A stretch of DNA of 64,000 nucleotides, from contig CAYWKF010000011.1 in NCBI GenBank assembly GCA_964459155.1, positions 84,011 to 148,010 on the forward strand. The letters run 5' to 3'. Below the pieces are notes generated by a model. That model made no database searches. It saw nothing but the letters and a program-made list of their open reading frames with translations, and was not told where the DNA came from. Shown here piece after piece: positions 17,025 to 26,912 of the stretch. A program made the translations under genes and the position numbers. Position 1 is the stretch's first letter; each line of letters starts with the position of its first letter. The DNA is from an uncultured Desulfobacterales bacterium (GTDB lineage: Bacteria; Desulfobacterota; Dissulfuribacteria; Dissulfuribacterales; JALVPX01).

Positions 17025-19676
17025 CTATTCCTGCTCCACCCTTGCTCTCTTTTTTTCCTTTTCTTTTAGGTACTCGATAAGTTTTTTCAGTTCGTAATCG
17101 CCTTCGTAGAATGCATCTGCAACGAGATAGGGTGTCTCATCGTTGATCATGGCTGCATCAATGAGCCTTGTAAAACCAAGAAGCCTGCCCACTATCACGA
17201 GCTTATCTTCGATAACCTCTGCAGGGGCATATTCGAAAACTGCATTTACCAAATCGGCTTTGACATCTGTGAAAAAATCTGCGCGCTCAAGGATCTCGCC
17301 TATGGCCAACGCCCTTCTGTGCCGCTGTTTCAAGGAGGTGCCACCGCCTTTGAAGCGGAACTTTACATAATTTTCCCTGGGATCAAGGCTGCATACCGAA
17401 TCCACCATTGTAAAATGAAAATCCATGCGGGCGTTCAAGTTGAAATAGTCTCTGGCCAATATGATATAATTGGGCAAGCCAAGGGGCCGTTGGGAACGGG
17501 CATCAGACATCCATCTCCCCACTACCGAGCCCATGTCTCCAATGACCGGCGGTGGTCCTGCCCATCGCAGGCCTGGCGTCGATATACCTTTCCAAAGGGC
17601 CTTAAAAGGCCTGCAAGTGATTTCATCTGGTGTCACAGATCTCTTTTTCTTACGATGGGGCGTCAGCCCTCCACCAACATCGATTATATGTAAAAAGAAG
17701 GGGATGTCGCTTTCCAGCTTGTATACCACCCCTGAAGTTTCCTCCAATAGTTCATCTCCTGCTTCAAAAAAGGCAATTACAGCCTTTTCATGCACGTATC
17801 GTACGATGTCATGGAGGGAACGGCATTCCATGATAGAAAACGTTGGGCCGTAGGCATCAGTAAGGTTCAATTTTATGGTCAACTCCTTGACCTGGTCTAA
17901 GATGGTATTGGTGGGTTGTTCAGCAGGTGGAGAGGTTTCTTTTTCCGCTGTTTTCTGTTTCTCATAATCTTGTATGGCGCTATTTATCTCTTCTTCATCT
18001 GCCAAATAGACCTTGCCTCGTTCACCGTCAATGGTGATCCACTGGCCATCTTCAAGGCGTGCCATGGCATCAACCAAACCTACCAGCATCGGCCTGCCAT
18101 ATTCTCTGGCAACGCAGGACAAATGGTCTGCCGGATTGCCAAAATCTACCAGCAAGCCATTTACGTTTCTTATAACCTTGGCAGCATCAACCAAGCTTCG
18201 GTGCATAACGATTATGACGGGTTCCTTAGGAATTTCCTCGAGATCCTGCCGCCTTTTTATTTTTTTTACCTTGCCTGTAACTATACCCTTGGATGTAATC
18301 AAACCTTGATGAAAGATCGGTTTTCGGTGATCGATCTTTATGGTTTTAGTGCCCGAGTGCGCTTCCATGATGAGCGGCCTTGACTGAAGTATCCAGACTT
18401 CTCCCTGGGGATCCATGGCCCATTCTATATCTTGGGGAGAGTCGAGTACTTTTTCCAACTCCAGGCCAATGGAAACAAGCTTCTGGACCTCTTCGTCAGA
18501 GAGCACCCTGGCATCTTGTCGTTCTGGCGGAATGTCTTCTTCCATGACCCCGCCTTTGGGATTTAATGTAAGCTGTTTCGTCTTTTTGGAGACGATCGGT
18601 GGCTCAATGTACAAATCTCCGCCTAATGTCCTGTATGGCTTATAGATATCTGCCATCGATGCTCCAGAAACAACCAGCTCACCCATGCCGAAAACAGCGC
18701 TGATAAGCATGGTCTGTTCTTCGTTGTCATTTGGATCAACAGTGAAGATGACCCCGGCTTTTTGAGCGTTGATCATTTCAAGGCACAAAACTGCCATGTT
18801 GAAATCGAGGGGTTTCATGCCAGCGCCCATGCGGTAGGCCAGACTCCGTGAATTGAAGTTACTGGCTATCACCTCTTTCACGGCATTTTTCAATTCCTCA
18901 AAAGAGATGACATTCAGTACAGATGTGAATTGGCCTGCAAAAGAGTGGTGCTTGCTGTCCTCACTTAGGGCACTGCTTCTGACCGCTAGCCCCTTGCCTT
19001 GGTCAAAAAATTTTGAAGCCATGTGCATCAGTGTGTTTTCAAGGGCTTCAGGGAGTTGGGCGTTTAAGACCTCGTTTCTGATTTCTTCTTCTGCTTCCTT
19101 GGTCAGCGATTTACCTTGGAACAAAAAGGGCTGTAGCTTTTTTAAGATTTTGAATGAAAGGCCACTTTCCTCCAAAAAGAAACGGCAGCCATGTGTGAGT
19201 ATTGAGAAACCGTCTGGCACATGTATTCTTTCCAGTGAACGCAGGCGTGCCAAATTGCTGGCCTTTCCCCCGGCCAACGTCGCATAATCTGGCAGAATGT
19301 CATCCAAAGATATGCAGAAAGGGATGTCTTTGTGGGTGGGGATGTTTTTCAGAAGTTCATTTATTTTTTTGCTTATATTTTGGTGAATGTTGAAAAGCTT
19401 AGTATGTTTGTCATAGTCCAATTGGTTCAACTTTTCTATCAGGTCTCCTGTTACTTCAATGAGTTCATGAATTTTATTTTGAAGTCCTGGACCGAAAAAT
19501 TGTGCTTCCCTCAACTTTAGATCAATGTCTGTTATGAGTTCGACGGCCTTGGTGTTTTCATACAAAAGGGAACGGAAGATCTGGTATCTCCATTTCAATT
19601 CTTCCAAGTGTTCCCGGGCCTTTTGTTCTCTTAAGCTCTGAACTTTATGGATTTGATTCTTCAGCCATTTGAGCAT
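17025..19676 (-). CDS. PEP-synthase-like dikinase paralogue 3 (PPDK_N ATP-grasp plus phospho-His swivel domain plus uncharacterised C-terminal domain)
   Basis: LAGGKASNLARL, LAVRSSALSEDSKHHSFAGQF, PQDIEWAM..WILQSRPL; His domain VDFGNPADHLSCVAREYGRPMLVG. The C-terminal ~300 aa is shared with the other two paralogues. The ATG at 19676 has AGGTGA 4 nt upstream, overlapping the upstream stop. The ORF is open to 19709. Confidence 0.75.
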   Translation of the reverse strand: MLKWLKNQIHKVQSLREQKAREHLEELKWRYQIFRSLLYENTKAVELITDIDLKLREAQFFGPGLQNKIHELIEVTGDLIEKLNQLDYDKHTKLFNIHQNISKKINELLKNIPTHKDIPFCISLDDILPDYATLAGGKASNLARLRSLERIHVPDGFSILTHGCRFFLEESGLSFKILKKLQPFLFQGKSLTKEAEEEIRNEVLNAQLPEALENTLMHMASKFFDQGKGLAVRSSALSEDSKHHSFAGQFTSVLNVISFEELKNAVKEVIASNFNSRSLAYRMGAGMKPLDFNMAVLCLEMINAQKAGVIFTVDPNDNEEQTMLISAVFGMGELVVSGASMADIYKPYRTLGGDLYIEPPIVSKKTKQLTLNPKGGVMEEDIPPERQDARVLSDEEVQKLVSIGLELEKVLDSPQDIEWAMDPQGEVWILQSRPLIMEAHSGTKTIKIDHRKPIFHQGLITSKGIVTGKVKKIKRRQDLEEIPKEPVIIVMHRSLVDAAKVIRNVNGLLVDFGNPADHLSCVAREYGRPMLVGLVDAMARLEDGQWITIDGERGKVYLADEEEINSAIQDYEKQKTAEKETSPPAEQPTNTILDQVKELTIKLNLTDAYGPTFSIMECRSLHDIVRYVHEKAVIAFFEAGDELLEETSGVVYKLESDIPFFLHIIDVGGGLTPHRKKKRSVTPDEITCRPFKALWKGISTPGLRWAGPPPVIGDMGSVVGRWMSDARSQRPLGLPNYIILARDYFNLNARMDFHFTMVDSVCSLDPRENYVKFRFKGGGTSLKQRHRRALAIGEILERADFFTDVKADLVNAVFEYAPAEVIEDKLVIVGRLLGFTRLIDAAMINDETPYLVADAFYEGDYELKKLIEYLKEKEKKRARVEQE

Positions 19677-19684
19677 CACGTCAC

Positions 19685-22198
19685 CTAAAGCTTGCAAGAT
19701 GAGCCACAAAGATCGACAAACTTGTGGAAAAAACGTTCAACAGCATGTTCATCAGCCATCCTGACATCCAGCTGCCGTGTAAAGGCTATGAGCTCACCTA
19801 TATGTTGAAGTGTTTTGGTGATCTCATACTCTTCTACTCCCTTCAGTTTGCCGATCACTATGTCTTTTTTAGTTTCTGATTTGAATCCAAGGCTTTCGAG
19901 TATCCATTTCAAGAGTTCTGCCCTTTTGCGTCTTTTGGATTCCTCTGCGAACCCACCTGCAAAACGGAAATAAATGTAGTTGTTGTCTGGTTCAGGGCAT
20001 ACATAGGAGTCAATCACGTTAAAGTGATATCCCAGCAAAAGGCTGAGATTCATATAGTCAGTGGCTACAATGGCTAGATTCTGTCCCGAATACTCGGGGG
20101 GGTTTGTCAGCATGCTTACCGGCCTTACCATGCTGGAAAACAGGTCCCCTAACCCGAAGGGTGCTGGTTCAGTGTCCCATGCCTCCTTTCTCAGAAGACC
20201 AGTCAAGAGCGCCTTGAACGGTACGCTCGTTATTTGATCGGGAGTAACACTCCTTGAGTTCTCATCCGCCATTACCCCTGAACCAATGTCTATGATGTTG
20301 ATTTTGATTGGTATAGGCGCCTGAAGCTCCATTACCCGCTCGTCGCCGAATGACCGTACCGATGTGAATTGGTCTATCAGCGACTCCACAGCTTTTACGT
20401 GACTAAAGTGTATGATGTCATGGATCGTTTTGCATTTTTCTGGAACAAAGTCCTTGGACGTTGGGTCTACCAAATAGAGAGGAGCTACATAACTTAAAAT
20501 ACGTCTCAAGATTTTTATCTCGGGTTCTTCCAAATATTCCCAGTCGCGTCTTGCCTCCACTTCCACAAGCTCTTCTATGATACCTTCATACACTCTCTTT
20601 TCATCTGCATCCACAGTAACGTCCATTCCTTCTTTGAGCAGTTTGGTTGCCTTGCCAGTGCCGAAAATGGCAGGCACCCTGTATTCTCTGGCAATAGTTG
20701 CCAAGTGGCCTGTGGAGCTTCCAACATCAGTTATGATCGCTGCTGCCTTTTTAAGTACTCTGCTCAGCTTTGGATGCGCATATCTTGAAACAACAACGGA
20801 ACCCACTGGAACTTTATCCGGATCTTCGTCTGGACTGACATGGACGACCCTGCCCGACGCAATACCCAGTTGGGCAGTTTGACCCACACCTTCCATAAGG
20901 ATTGGAAATTTTTTTAGGATTTCTTCAATGTCAGCACCGACAGGTTCAGGCACCGCCTGGATGCCAAGACGCCTGTTTTGAAGTATCACAAGCTCATCTT
21001 TTTCATTGATCGCCCACTCCAGATCCCTGGGATTTCCAAAGGCCTTTTCGCACAACATGGCTGATTCAGCAATTTTTCTTATGGTCTTGAGGTCAAGGAG
21101 CGACGAGCCCCGCCGCATATGGGTGGTCACCATTTCCAGCGGCTCTTTGCCAGGGGGCAACTTGCATTTTGGAGGCTTATCAGTAATGAGGCTGGAAACC
21201 AGAGTAAATGGATAGGCGCGTTTTACCACATATTGATCGCCAGTGTGGTGTCCAGCTACCAACTTTTCCCCCAGTCCTTCCACAGCCGAGATGACTAGGC
21301 AATCTCTGCTCTTGCCAAGGGGATCTCTCGTATAAGTCACTCCAGATATGTGGGCATTGATCATTTCCTGAACTCCCACAGCTACGGGAGTGGCTAGGAG
21401 GTTGCTTGTGTCTCCGATATAATCTTTCACCTCAGGCATAAATCTCGCCATGATGACCTTTTTGTACGCATCGAAGATCAATTCAGGCTGTACATTCAAT
21501 AAAGTGTGAAACTGGCCTGCAAAACTCCGTTCCGTGTCTTCACCCACAGCGCTGCTTCTAACAGCAAGCAACGTTCGTTTGCCCAAACGCCTGAAGAGGC
21601 TGTCAAGCTCTTGATTTACAGCCTCCTTCAACCTATCGGGTATCGAAGATTCCAAAAATAAGGCTTCTATTTCTTTTTTGGTGTCTTCTGTAGCACCCTT
21701 TTGGGAATACAGTTTTTCAATTCTGGGGATGATGTTGTTCTGCTCCAGGAAAAGGATATAGGCCTGCTTGGTTATTGCGAAACCATCTGGCACCCTGATC
21801 TGAAAATTGTTGAATATGTCTGCAAGGCTGGCGTTTTTGGAACCTACTATATCATCTAGGTCTCTGTTGATTTCTTGATAGGCCAGGGTAAGGCGTTCAC
21901 CGTATGGTCCAGCCCCTCCGGAAACGAGATCTTCGAGGTTAAACCTGATTGCCTCTAAAATATCGTATAGTATCAAATACTTGCCCTGTGAAAGAGCGTT
22001 GAGGTCGTAGATGACCTCCCGGGTGGTTTCACAAACGTTCGTCACAAAGCTTGCAATGAAGGCCCGGTCAAAGAGATAATTTCCTCCCAAAACCTTTTCC
22101 GCATGGGCAATTTCTTCCAGAACTTTGTTGTTGAGTTCAAGAATGTTTCTGAAATATTGGAAAACCCTTTTCAGGGGGCGTGGACTTTTTTTTCTCAT
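19685..22198 (-). CDS. PEP-synthase-like dikinase paralogue 2
   Basis: IVGSKNASLADI, LAVRSSAVGEDTERSFAGQF, PRDLEWAI..LVILQNRRL; His domain ITDVGSSTGHLATIAREYRVPAIFG. The C-terminal domain carries IIDIGSGV, VTPDQITSVPFKAL and NYIYFRFAGG. Confidence 0.75.
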   Translation of the reverse strand: MRKKSPRPLKRVFQYFRNILELNNKVLEEIAHAEKVLGGNYLFDRAFIASFVTNVCETTREVIYDLNALSQGKYLILYDILEAIRFNLEDLVSGGAGPYGERLTLAYQEINRDLDDIVGSKNASLADIFNNFQIRVPDGFAITKQAYILFLEQNNIIPRIEKLYSQKGATEDTKKEIEALFLESSIPDRLKEAVNQELDSLFRRLGKRTLLAVRSSAVGEDTERSFAGQFHTLLNVQPELIFDAYKKVIMARFMPEVKDYIGDTSNLLATPVAVGVQEMINAHISGVTYTRDPLGKSRDCLVISAVEGLGEKLVAGHHTGDQYVVKRAYPFTLVSSLITDKPPKCKLPPGKEPLEMVTTHMRRGSSLLDLKTIRKIAESAMLCEKAFGNPRDLEWAINEKDELVILQNRRLGIQAVPEPVGADIEEILKKFPILMEGVGQTAQLGIASGRVVHVSPDEDPDKVPVGSVVVSRYAHPKLSRVLKKAAAIITDVGSSTGHLATIAREYRVPAIFGTGKATKLLKEGMDVTVDADEKRVYEGIIEELVEVEARRDWEYLEEPEIKILRRILSYVAPLYLVDPTSKDFVPEKCKTIHDIIHFSHVKAVESLIDQFTSVRSFGDERVMELQAPIPIKINIIDIGSGVMADENSRSVTPDQITSVPFKALLTGLLRKEAWDTEPAPFGLGDLFSSMVRPVSMLTNPPEYSGQNLAIVATDYMNLSLLLGYHFNVIDSYVCPEPDNNYIYFRFAGGFAEESKRRKRAELLKWILESLGFKSETKKDIVIGKLKGVEEYEITKTLQHIGELIAFTRQLDVRMADEHAVERFFHKFVDLCGSSCKL

Positions 22199-22356
22199 GG
22201 CCTATGTTCCAAGATATACACTGTTTTTAAACGATTCTCTTTTTCAAACGACTCTCTGCCCATAACTACGTGAGATCCATGGTCACTTGAAAATCTCATG
22301 CATGCATCATGAGTATAACAGAATTTTTCCGGTACGTTTCGAACTTCTTCCCAAAC

Positions 22357-23154
22357 CTATTTTTTACACAAAAGCACCGAGGCTTGAGTTTGAGCCAGTG
22401 TCTCATAGATAAGAGGCATTCGCGGCGAAAAAGAGCTGGCCACAAACGCATAGTTCATAAGAAAGTCGCTCATTGCCTCTGGAGTGCCCAATACATTGTG
22501 AATGTTTGAAATTTTCAAGCCATGCCGGGTAAAGATTTGCTCACCCGTTTCAATAGATGGTTCACTCTGGGTAGAATCTAAGAATTCAAGGTTGTCCACA
22601 TCCTTGAAGTTGTAATAGATGAGGTCGATATCCATCTCAGAGTCTTTTAAAAGTTTACCAAGTGTATGGGCTATGGCGTCTGGCTCAGTACCGTCACCAA
22701 TTAGGATACCAATTGTCCTGGATACAGACAAATTTTTAACATAAAGGATGGAACACGGGCATTTTTCATACAGTTCCGAAGATACAACCTCGGTTAAATT
22801 TTCTGTTTTGGAGATGGGCAAGTGTCCTTCAATAAAAAGGTCATAGTTGCCTTCTCGCAATTCCCGTAATATTTCATTTTCCCTATTTCCTATCCTAATT
22901 TTTGGAGGGCCGCTGAAACCGAATTTGACCTTTTCAGTCTTTAATAGACGAGAAATTGTTGCCTCGCCATCCCTAAGCATCTTTTCTATGGATGCTTGTT
23001 CATCCATATTGCTGCGCGTTAGTTTTTTGCCGTCTGAATAGACTACATGAAGAATAAAGGTATTCAATTCCAAAAAAGAGCTTAGGTAATCTACATATCT
23101 CAAAGCAATACTTGATGCTAAGTTTTCATCCAGGTAGAGTAGCACTTTTGCCAT
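22357..23154 (-). CDS. Tandem universal-stress-protein-like (adenine nucleotide alpha-hydrolase fold) protein
   Basis: Two halves each open with a beta-strand-like KVLLYLDEN.. / TIGILIGDGTEPD.. followed by helical segments. The assignment rests on pattern only; no ATP-binding G-2x-G-9x-G-S/T motif was seen. Confidence 0.35.
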   Translation of the reverse strand: MAKVLLYLDENLASSIALRYVDYLSSFLELNTFILHVVYSDGKKLTRSNMDEQASIEKMLRDGEATISRLLKTEKVKFGFSGPPKIRIGNRENEILRELREGNYDLFIEGHLPISKTENLTEVVSSELYEKCPCSILYVKNLSVSRTIGILIGDGTEPDAIAHTLGKLLKDSEMDIDLIYYNFKDVDNLEFLDSTQSEPSIETGEQIFTRHGLKISNIHNVLGTPEAMSDFLMNYAFVASSFSPRMPLIYETLAQTQASVLLCKK

Positions 23155-23173
23155 TGGATATACTCCTGTTGAA

Positions 23174-23569
23174 CTATTCAGGCGCCTTTTTTCTTTTTAT
23201 GCGTTCTTCAGCTTTTTTTACAATTTCGATGATTTCACTCAGCTTAAACGGCTTTGCCAAAAAGTCGAAAACCCCTTTTTTAAATGATTCTTTGGCGGTT
23301 TCCATGGTAGCGAATCCAGTGATTACAATGACCTCTGTCTCCGGCCAAAGATTTTTGACCTTCTCGAGGAACTCCATGCCAGAGATGCCCTCCATCTTCA
23401 GGTCTGTGATTACTATGTCGAACTTTTGTTCGCGTACCCTTTCCAGGGCCTGGCTGCTCTTGGTGAAGCTCTCTACCTGATAACCTTTTTTTTCAAGGGC
23501 GGGCTGGAGGCGTTTGGCAACTATAGGTTCATCATCTAATATCAATATGGAAATATTTTTTTCACTCAT
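23174..23569 (-). CDS. Stand-alone response-regulator receiver (CheY-like)
   Basis: ILILDDEP, phospho-acceptor context DIVITDLKMEGISGMEFL, VIVITGFAT, and K in LAKPF. The start overlaps the upstream dikinase stop by 8 nt. Confidence 0.9.
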   Translation of the reverse strand: MSEKNISILILDDEPIVAKRLQPALEKKGYQVESFTKSSQALERVREQKFDIVITDLKMEGISGMEFLEKVKNLWPETEVIVITGFATMETAKESFKKGVFDFLAKPFKLSEIIEIVKKAEERIKRKKAPE

Positions 23570-26123
23570 TTTTCATCTCCATCAGCTCATATATTTTGTC
23601 TTTGAAATCATTGATGCGTGTGTCGTTTATCATCATAACATCAAGTTGCCTGGTGAAGCCTATGAGAATGCCTATCAGATACAACCTTTTTTCCATCTCT
23701 GGCCGATTCAATCTTTTTATGCGCGCCACAACCAAGTCTCCCCTGGTTTCGACCATGAAGTCGTAGTAGGCCAACACTTCTTCAATTAGTTTGGCTCGAC
23801 GACTGCGGCGTTCCGCCTCTGTAACCCCGCCAAAGAATCTGAAATAAATATAATTTTCCCTTATTTTTTCAGATAGATAGCTGTCAACTATGGTGAAATG
23901 GTAGCCAAGCCTGAGACTCAGGTTCACATAGTGGCTGCTGATGACGGCCAAGTTTTGCCCCAGGCTTTTTGGGTCCATGTGTTCTGCTGAAAAGGTGCGT
24001 GTGAGACTTGCCATGAAGCTTGATGCATCAATTGAAACAGGTGAGCTGTCCCAGGCTCCAGGGCATTTCAGGCCTCTTATTAAGGCTTTTAAGGGGATCG
24101 ATCTTATCAATTCAGGTGTGACCGTTGCAGAATCAGGAGGGGTAGGTTCCTCAAGGCCTCCGCCTATGTCGATGATTACAAGGTCCAGTGGAATATCCCA
24201 CTTCAACCGTTTTACTGATGCATCTTTTGTGCTTATGCCAGCGAAATGGAGGTTTACCAGGGCCTCAACGGCTTTTTCATGAACAAAGCGAGTGATGTCA
24301 TGAAAGGTTTCGCAGTTTTCCGGCTTGAAGTGTGTGTCCGTTGGATCCACCAGGGTAAGGGGTTCTATCTTCCTCAAGATTCGCCTTAGAAGGCGGTACT
24401 CATAGCTCTCGGTTATCTTTTCCTGTTCAAGATTGAAGAAGAAAAGCTCTTTTACTTCGCCCTGATAGATTTTCCTGTCAGCCGCATCAAGTGTAACAAG
24501 CCCTTTGTCTTGGAGTATCGATATCGCTCCAGACACGTTGAAAAGAGCAGGCAGAGCGTATTCCCTGCAGATGGTGGCGAGATGTCCGGTAACTGCGCCT
24601 ATCTCGGTAACCAGGCCTGAAACTTTGGACATGAGTGGTGCCAACCTTGGTGAGGCATACTTGGTCACCACAATCGCACCCTTTGGAACTTTGTCCAAAT
24701 CATCACCAGGGCCCAACACATGTACTTCGCCTATTCCAACCCCTTCTTGAACAGTTACCCCTCTGTCTTCAATCAAGACCTTATGTTTTTTGCCCAATTC
24801 AGACAATCCTTTTGGATAGAGGCCTGCCCTATATTTTATTCTCAGGGGTCGGGTCTGTAGGATTACGATTCCGCCGTCGGCAATGGCAAATTCAATGTCT
24901 TGGGGTTTCTTGAAATATCTTTCGATGTCCAGCGCGCACTGTGCCAATTGTTTGATCTGGCCCAGACTGAGGCTGGGCTTATCCTTCAATTCTTCGTCGA
25001 CTTCTACTATGTCTAATCTTTTCTGGTCAACCAATTGTCTCTTCTTGTCCTTCCAGGAAATTTGGATAGAGCTTATTTTTTGGGTTTTTCGATCGACATA
25101 AAAGGTGTCCCCTGTGGTACGCCCAGACACTATCAGGCCGCCAATTCCCCAGTTTGAGCTGATGATCATGGTGTCACTGACTGGGTCAGAAGGATTCAGA
25201 CTGTAAATTACACCGCTCACTTTAGAATTTATCAGCTCTTGACAGCCTGCAGCCATTAGTATCTCATCCTCTTTGAAGCCTATTTTTCTTCTGTATTCCA
25301 AGGCACTTGGATTAAAAGTACTGGCTATTACACGTTTATATGCATCAGATATGCCATGTTCATTTACCCCAATTACACTTTCATAGAGACCGGCAAAGGA
25401 GTGTTCGCTGTCTTCTCCATAAGCACTGCTCCTGACTGCCATTAGCGGGTTGGGGCCAATTTGTTTTTTCAATTTGGCCGTTGCATCTTTTATGTCATGT
25501 TTCAAATCAGAAGGGATGTCTGCCTTTAGTATTTCATCTTGAATCATTTGGGCTGCATCTTTAATGGTGAGATCGTTGCTGTCCAACGTCTCGAGTATCC
25601 TGTTTATTTTTTCGTGAAGGTCATTTCTTTGAAGAAAACGCTGGTACGCATAAAACGTAACCGCAAAGCCCCTGGGAATCTGAATACCCAGATTTGACTT
25701 CAATTGGCAAAGGAAGGCATTCTTTCCTCCCACGGAGTCTTCATCCCACTTTTTTATTTCATCATAGAACAAGATATTCTTTGCAACGCCTATATACCGG
25801 CCTTCCAAAATACTTATGATGTCCGACTCAATTTTCTGGTAAGCTTCAATAAGTCCTTCATATTTGCCAGGAACCATTTCATTCAATGTAAAAATCAGTT
25901 TTTGTACGTTGGTGGAAAGTTTATCCACGAAGTCTTCAATGAAGTGTTTGTCAAAAACAAAGTCTCCGCCAAGGATTTGATTTGCTGCCGCTATTTGATC
26001 CAGTATGGTGCTGTTGAGTTGGAGAATTTCCCGGAAAAGCTTGAACAGTTCTTTGAAGGAGCGACCCTTGGCCGAGCCGCTCCAACGTGAAAGGCCTTTT
26101 AATATGTCCTTGATTGTGAACAT
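23562..26123 (-). CDS. PEP-synthase-like dikinase paralogue 1
   Basis: SVGGKNAFLCQL, MAVRSSAYGEDSEHSFAGLY, PQDIEFAI..IVILQTRPL; His domain VTEIGAVTGHLATICREYALPALFN. The C-terminal domain carries IIDIGGGL, VTPELIRSIPLKAL and NYIYFRFFGG. Confidence 0.75.
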   Translation of the reverse strand: MFTIKDILKGLSRWSGSAKGRSFKELFKLFREILQLNSTILDQIAAANQILGGDFVFDKHFIEDFVDKLSTNVQKLIFTLNEMVPGKYEGLIEAYQKIESDIISILEGRYIGVAKNILFYDEIKKWDEDSVGGKNAFLCQLKSNLGIQIPRGFAVTFYAYQRFLQRNDLHEKINRILETLDSNDLTIKDAAQMIQDEILKADIPSDLKHDIKDATAKLKKQIGPNPLMAVRSSAYGEDSEHSFAGLYESVIGVNEHGISDAYKRVIASTFNPSALEYRRKIGFKEDEILMAAGCQELINSKVSGVIYSLNPSDPVSDTMIISSNWGIGGLIVSGRTTGDTFYVDRKTQKISSIQISWKDKKRQLVDQKRLDIVEVDEELKDKPSLSLGQIKQLAQCALDIERYFKKPQDIEFAIADGGIVILQTRPLRIKYRAGLYPKGLSELGKKHKVLIEDRGVTVQEGVGIGEVHVLGPGDDLDKVPKGAIVVTKYASPRLAPLMSKVSGLVTEIGAVTGHLATICREYALPALFNVSGAISILQDKGLVTLDAADRKIYQGEVKELFFFNLEQEKITESYEYRLLRRILRKIEPLTLVDPTDTHFKPENCETFHDITRFVHEKAVEALVNLHFAGISTKDASVKRLKWDIPLDLVIIDIGGGLEEPTPPDSATVTPELIRSIPLKALIRGLKCPGAWDSSPVSIDASSFMASLTRTFSAEHMDPKSLGQNLAVISSHYVNLSLRLGYHFTIVDSYLSEKIRENYIYFRFFGGVTEAERRSRRAKLIEEVLAYYDFMVETRGDLVVARIKRLNRPEMEKRLYLIGILIGFTRQLDVMMINDTRINDFKDKIYELMEMKNE

Positions 26124-26131
26124 AAATTAAA

Positions 26132-26911
26132 TCAGTGGGCGCCTCCTTTGCCTTTAAACAGTATGCCCATCAACAGGCCGGCAAATATCGCAATCACAAC
26201 TGCGCCAATGCCATAAATCAGAGAGTAATCGAAAGCAAGCTTGGAAACCAGGGCAGGGAAACCGACTTGCTTCAAATTCAAATCTTGTTCATCCTTTCCC
26301 ACGATTTTTAGATCCTTAATGGCGAACAATTCAACTTTGTAAGAGCCCTGTTTCATTTTGGGAGGGATTGGAATGATGGCCTTGAATTCACGGAATCCCT
26401 CTTTATCTCCAACGTAATTCAAATTGTTGGGGTAGATTCCATAAGTGCCCGATTCTTCGAGAAGCTTGACAAACTCCTTGAAAATGAACCCCTTGTCTTC
26501 GCCTTCTGGCTCCAATGTCATCATTTTTTCCAAGAACTTGTAGCCCAGATTGAGAGCAGGATCATCTATTTTGTTTTCCATGTCACTGGAGCTAATGACC
26601 AAAAAGACTTCAGGGACATTTCCAATGGTGACGTCTCCAATGTTCATCCAAAGCAACCCTCCGATTTTCCCCTTTTTTTTGAGGTTTATATGGGTGTAAT
26701 GTCCACTCAGTCTTAGAACTGCTTTGCAACCAGCAGGGATCTTTCCTGTAACTTCTACAGTGGTTCCGTTGTAAAAGGTGCCAATTTTTATAAGGTTCGG
26801 CACAAGTTTAAAGGAGATGTCGGATGTTTGCTGCGCATAGGCAGATGATATGATGAAAAGGAATATGAAGGACACTGAAATATATAGCAAGCTATGTTTT
26901 CTAACATCCAT
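26132..26911 (-). CDS. Signal-peptide plus C-terminal-TM protein, TIGR02186/Alph_Pro_TM-like
   Basis: N-terminal MDVRKHSLLYISVSFIFLFIISSAYA and a C-terminal helix LIYGIGAVVIAIFAGLLMGILF. I recall this architecture, and adjacency to a TauE gene, as typical of the TIGR02186 family. This is not verified. Confidence 0.45.
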   Translation of the reverse strand: MDVRKHSLLYISVSFIFLFIISSAYAQQTSDISFKLVPNLIKIGTFYNGTTVEVTGKIPAGCKAVLRLSGHYTHINLKKKGKIGGLLWMNIGDVTIGNVPEVFLVISSSDMENKIDDPALNLGYKFLEKMMTLEPEGEDKGFIFKEFVKLLEESGTYGIYPNNLNYVGDKEGFREFKAIIPIPPKMKQGSYKVELFAIKDLKIVGKDEQDLNLKQVGFPALVSKLAFDYSLIYGIGAVVIAIFAGLLMGILFKGKGGAH

Positions 26912-26912
26912 C

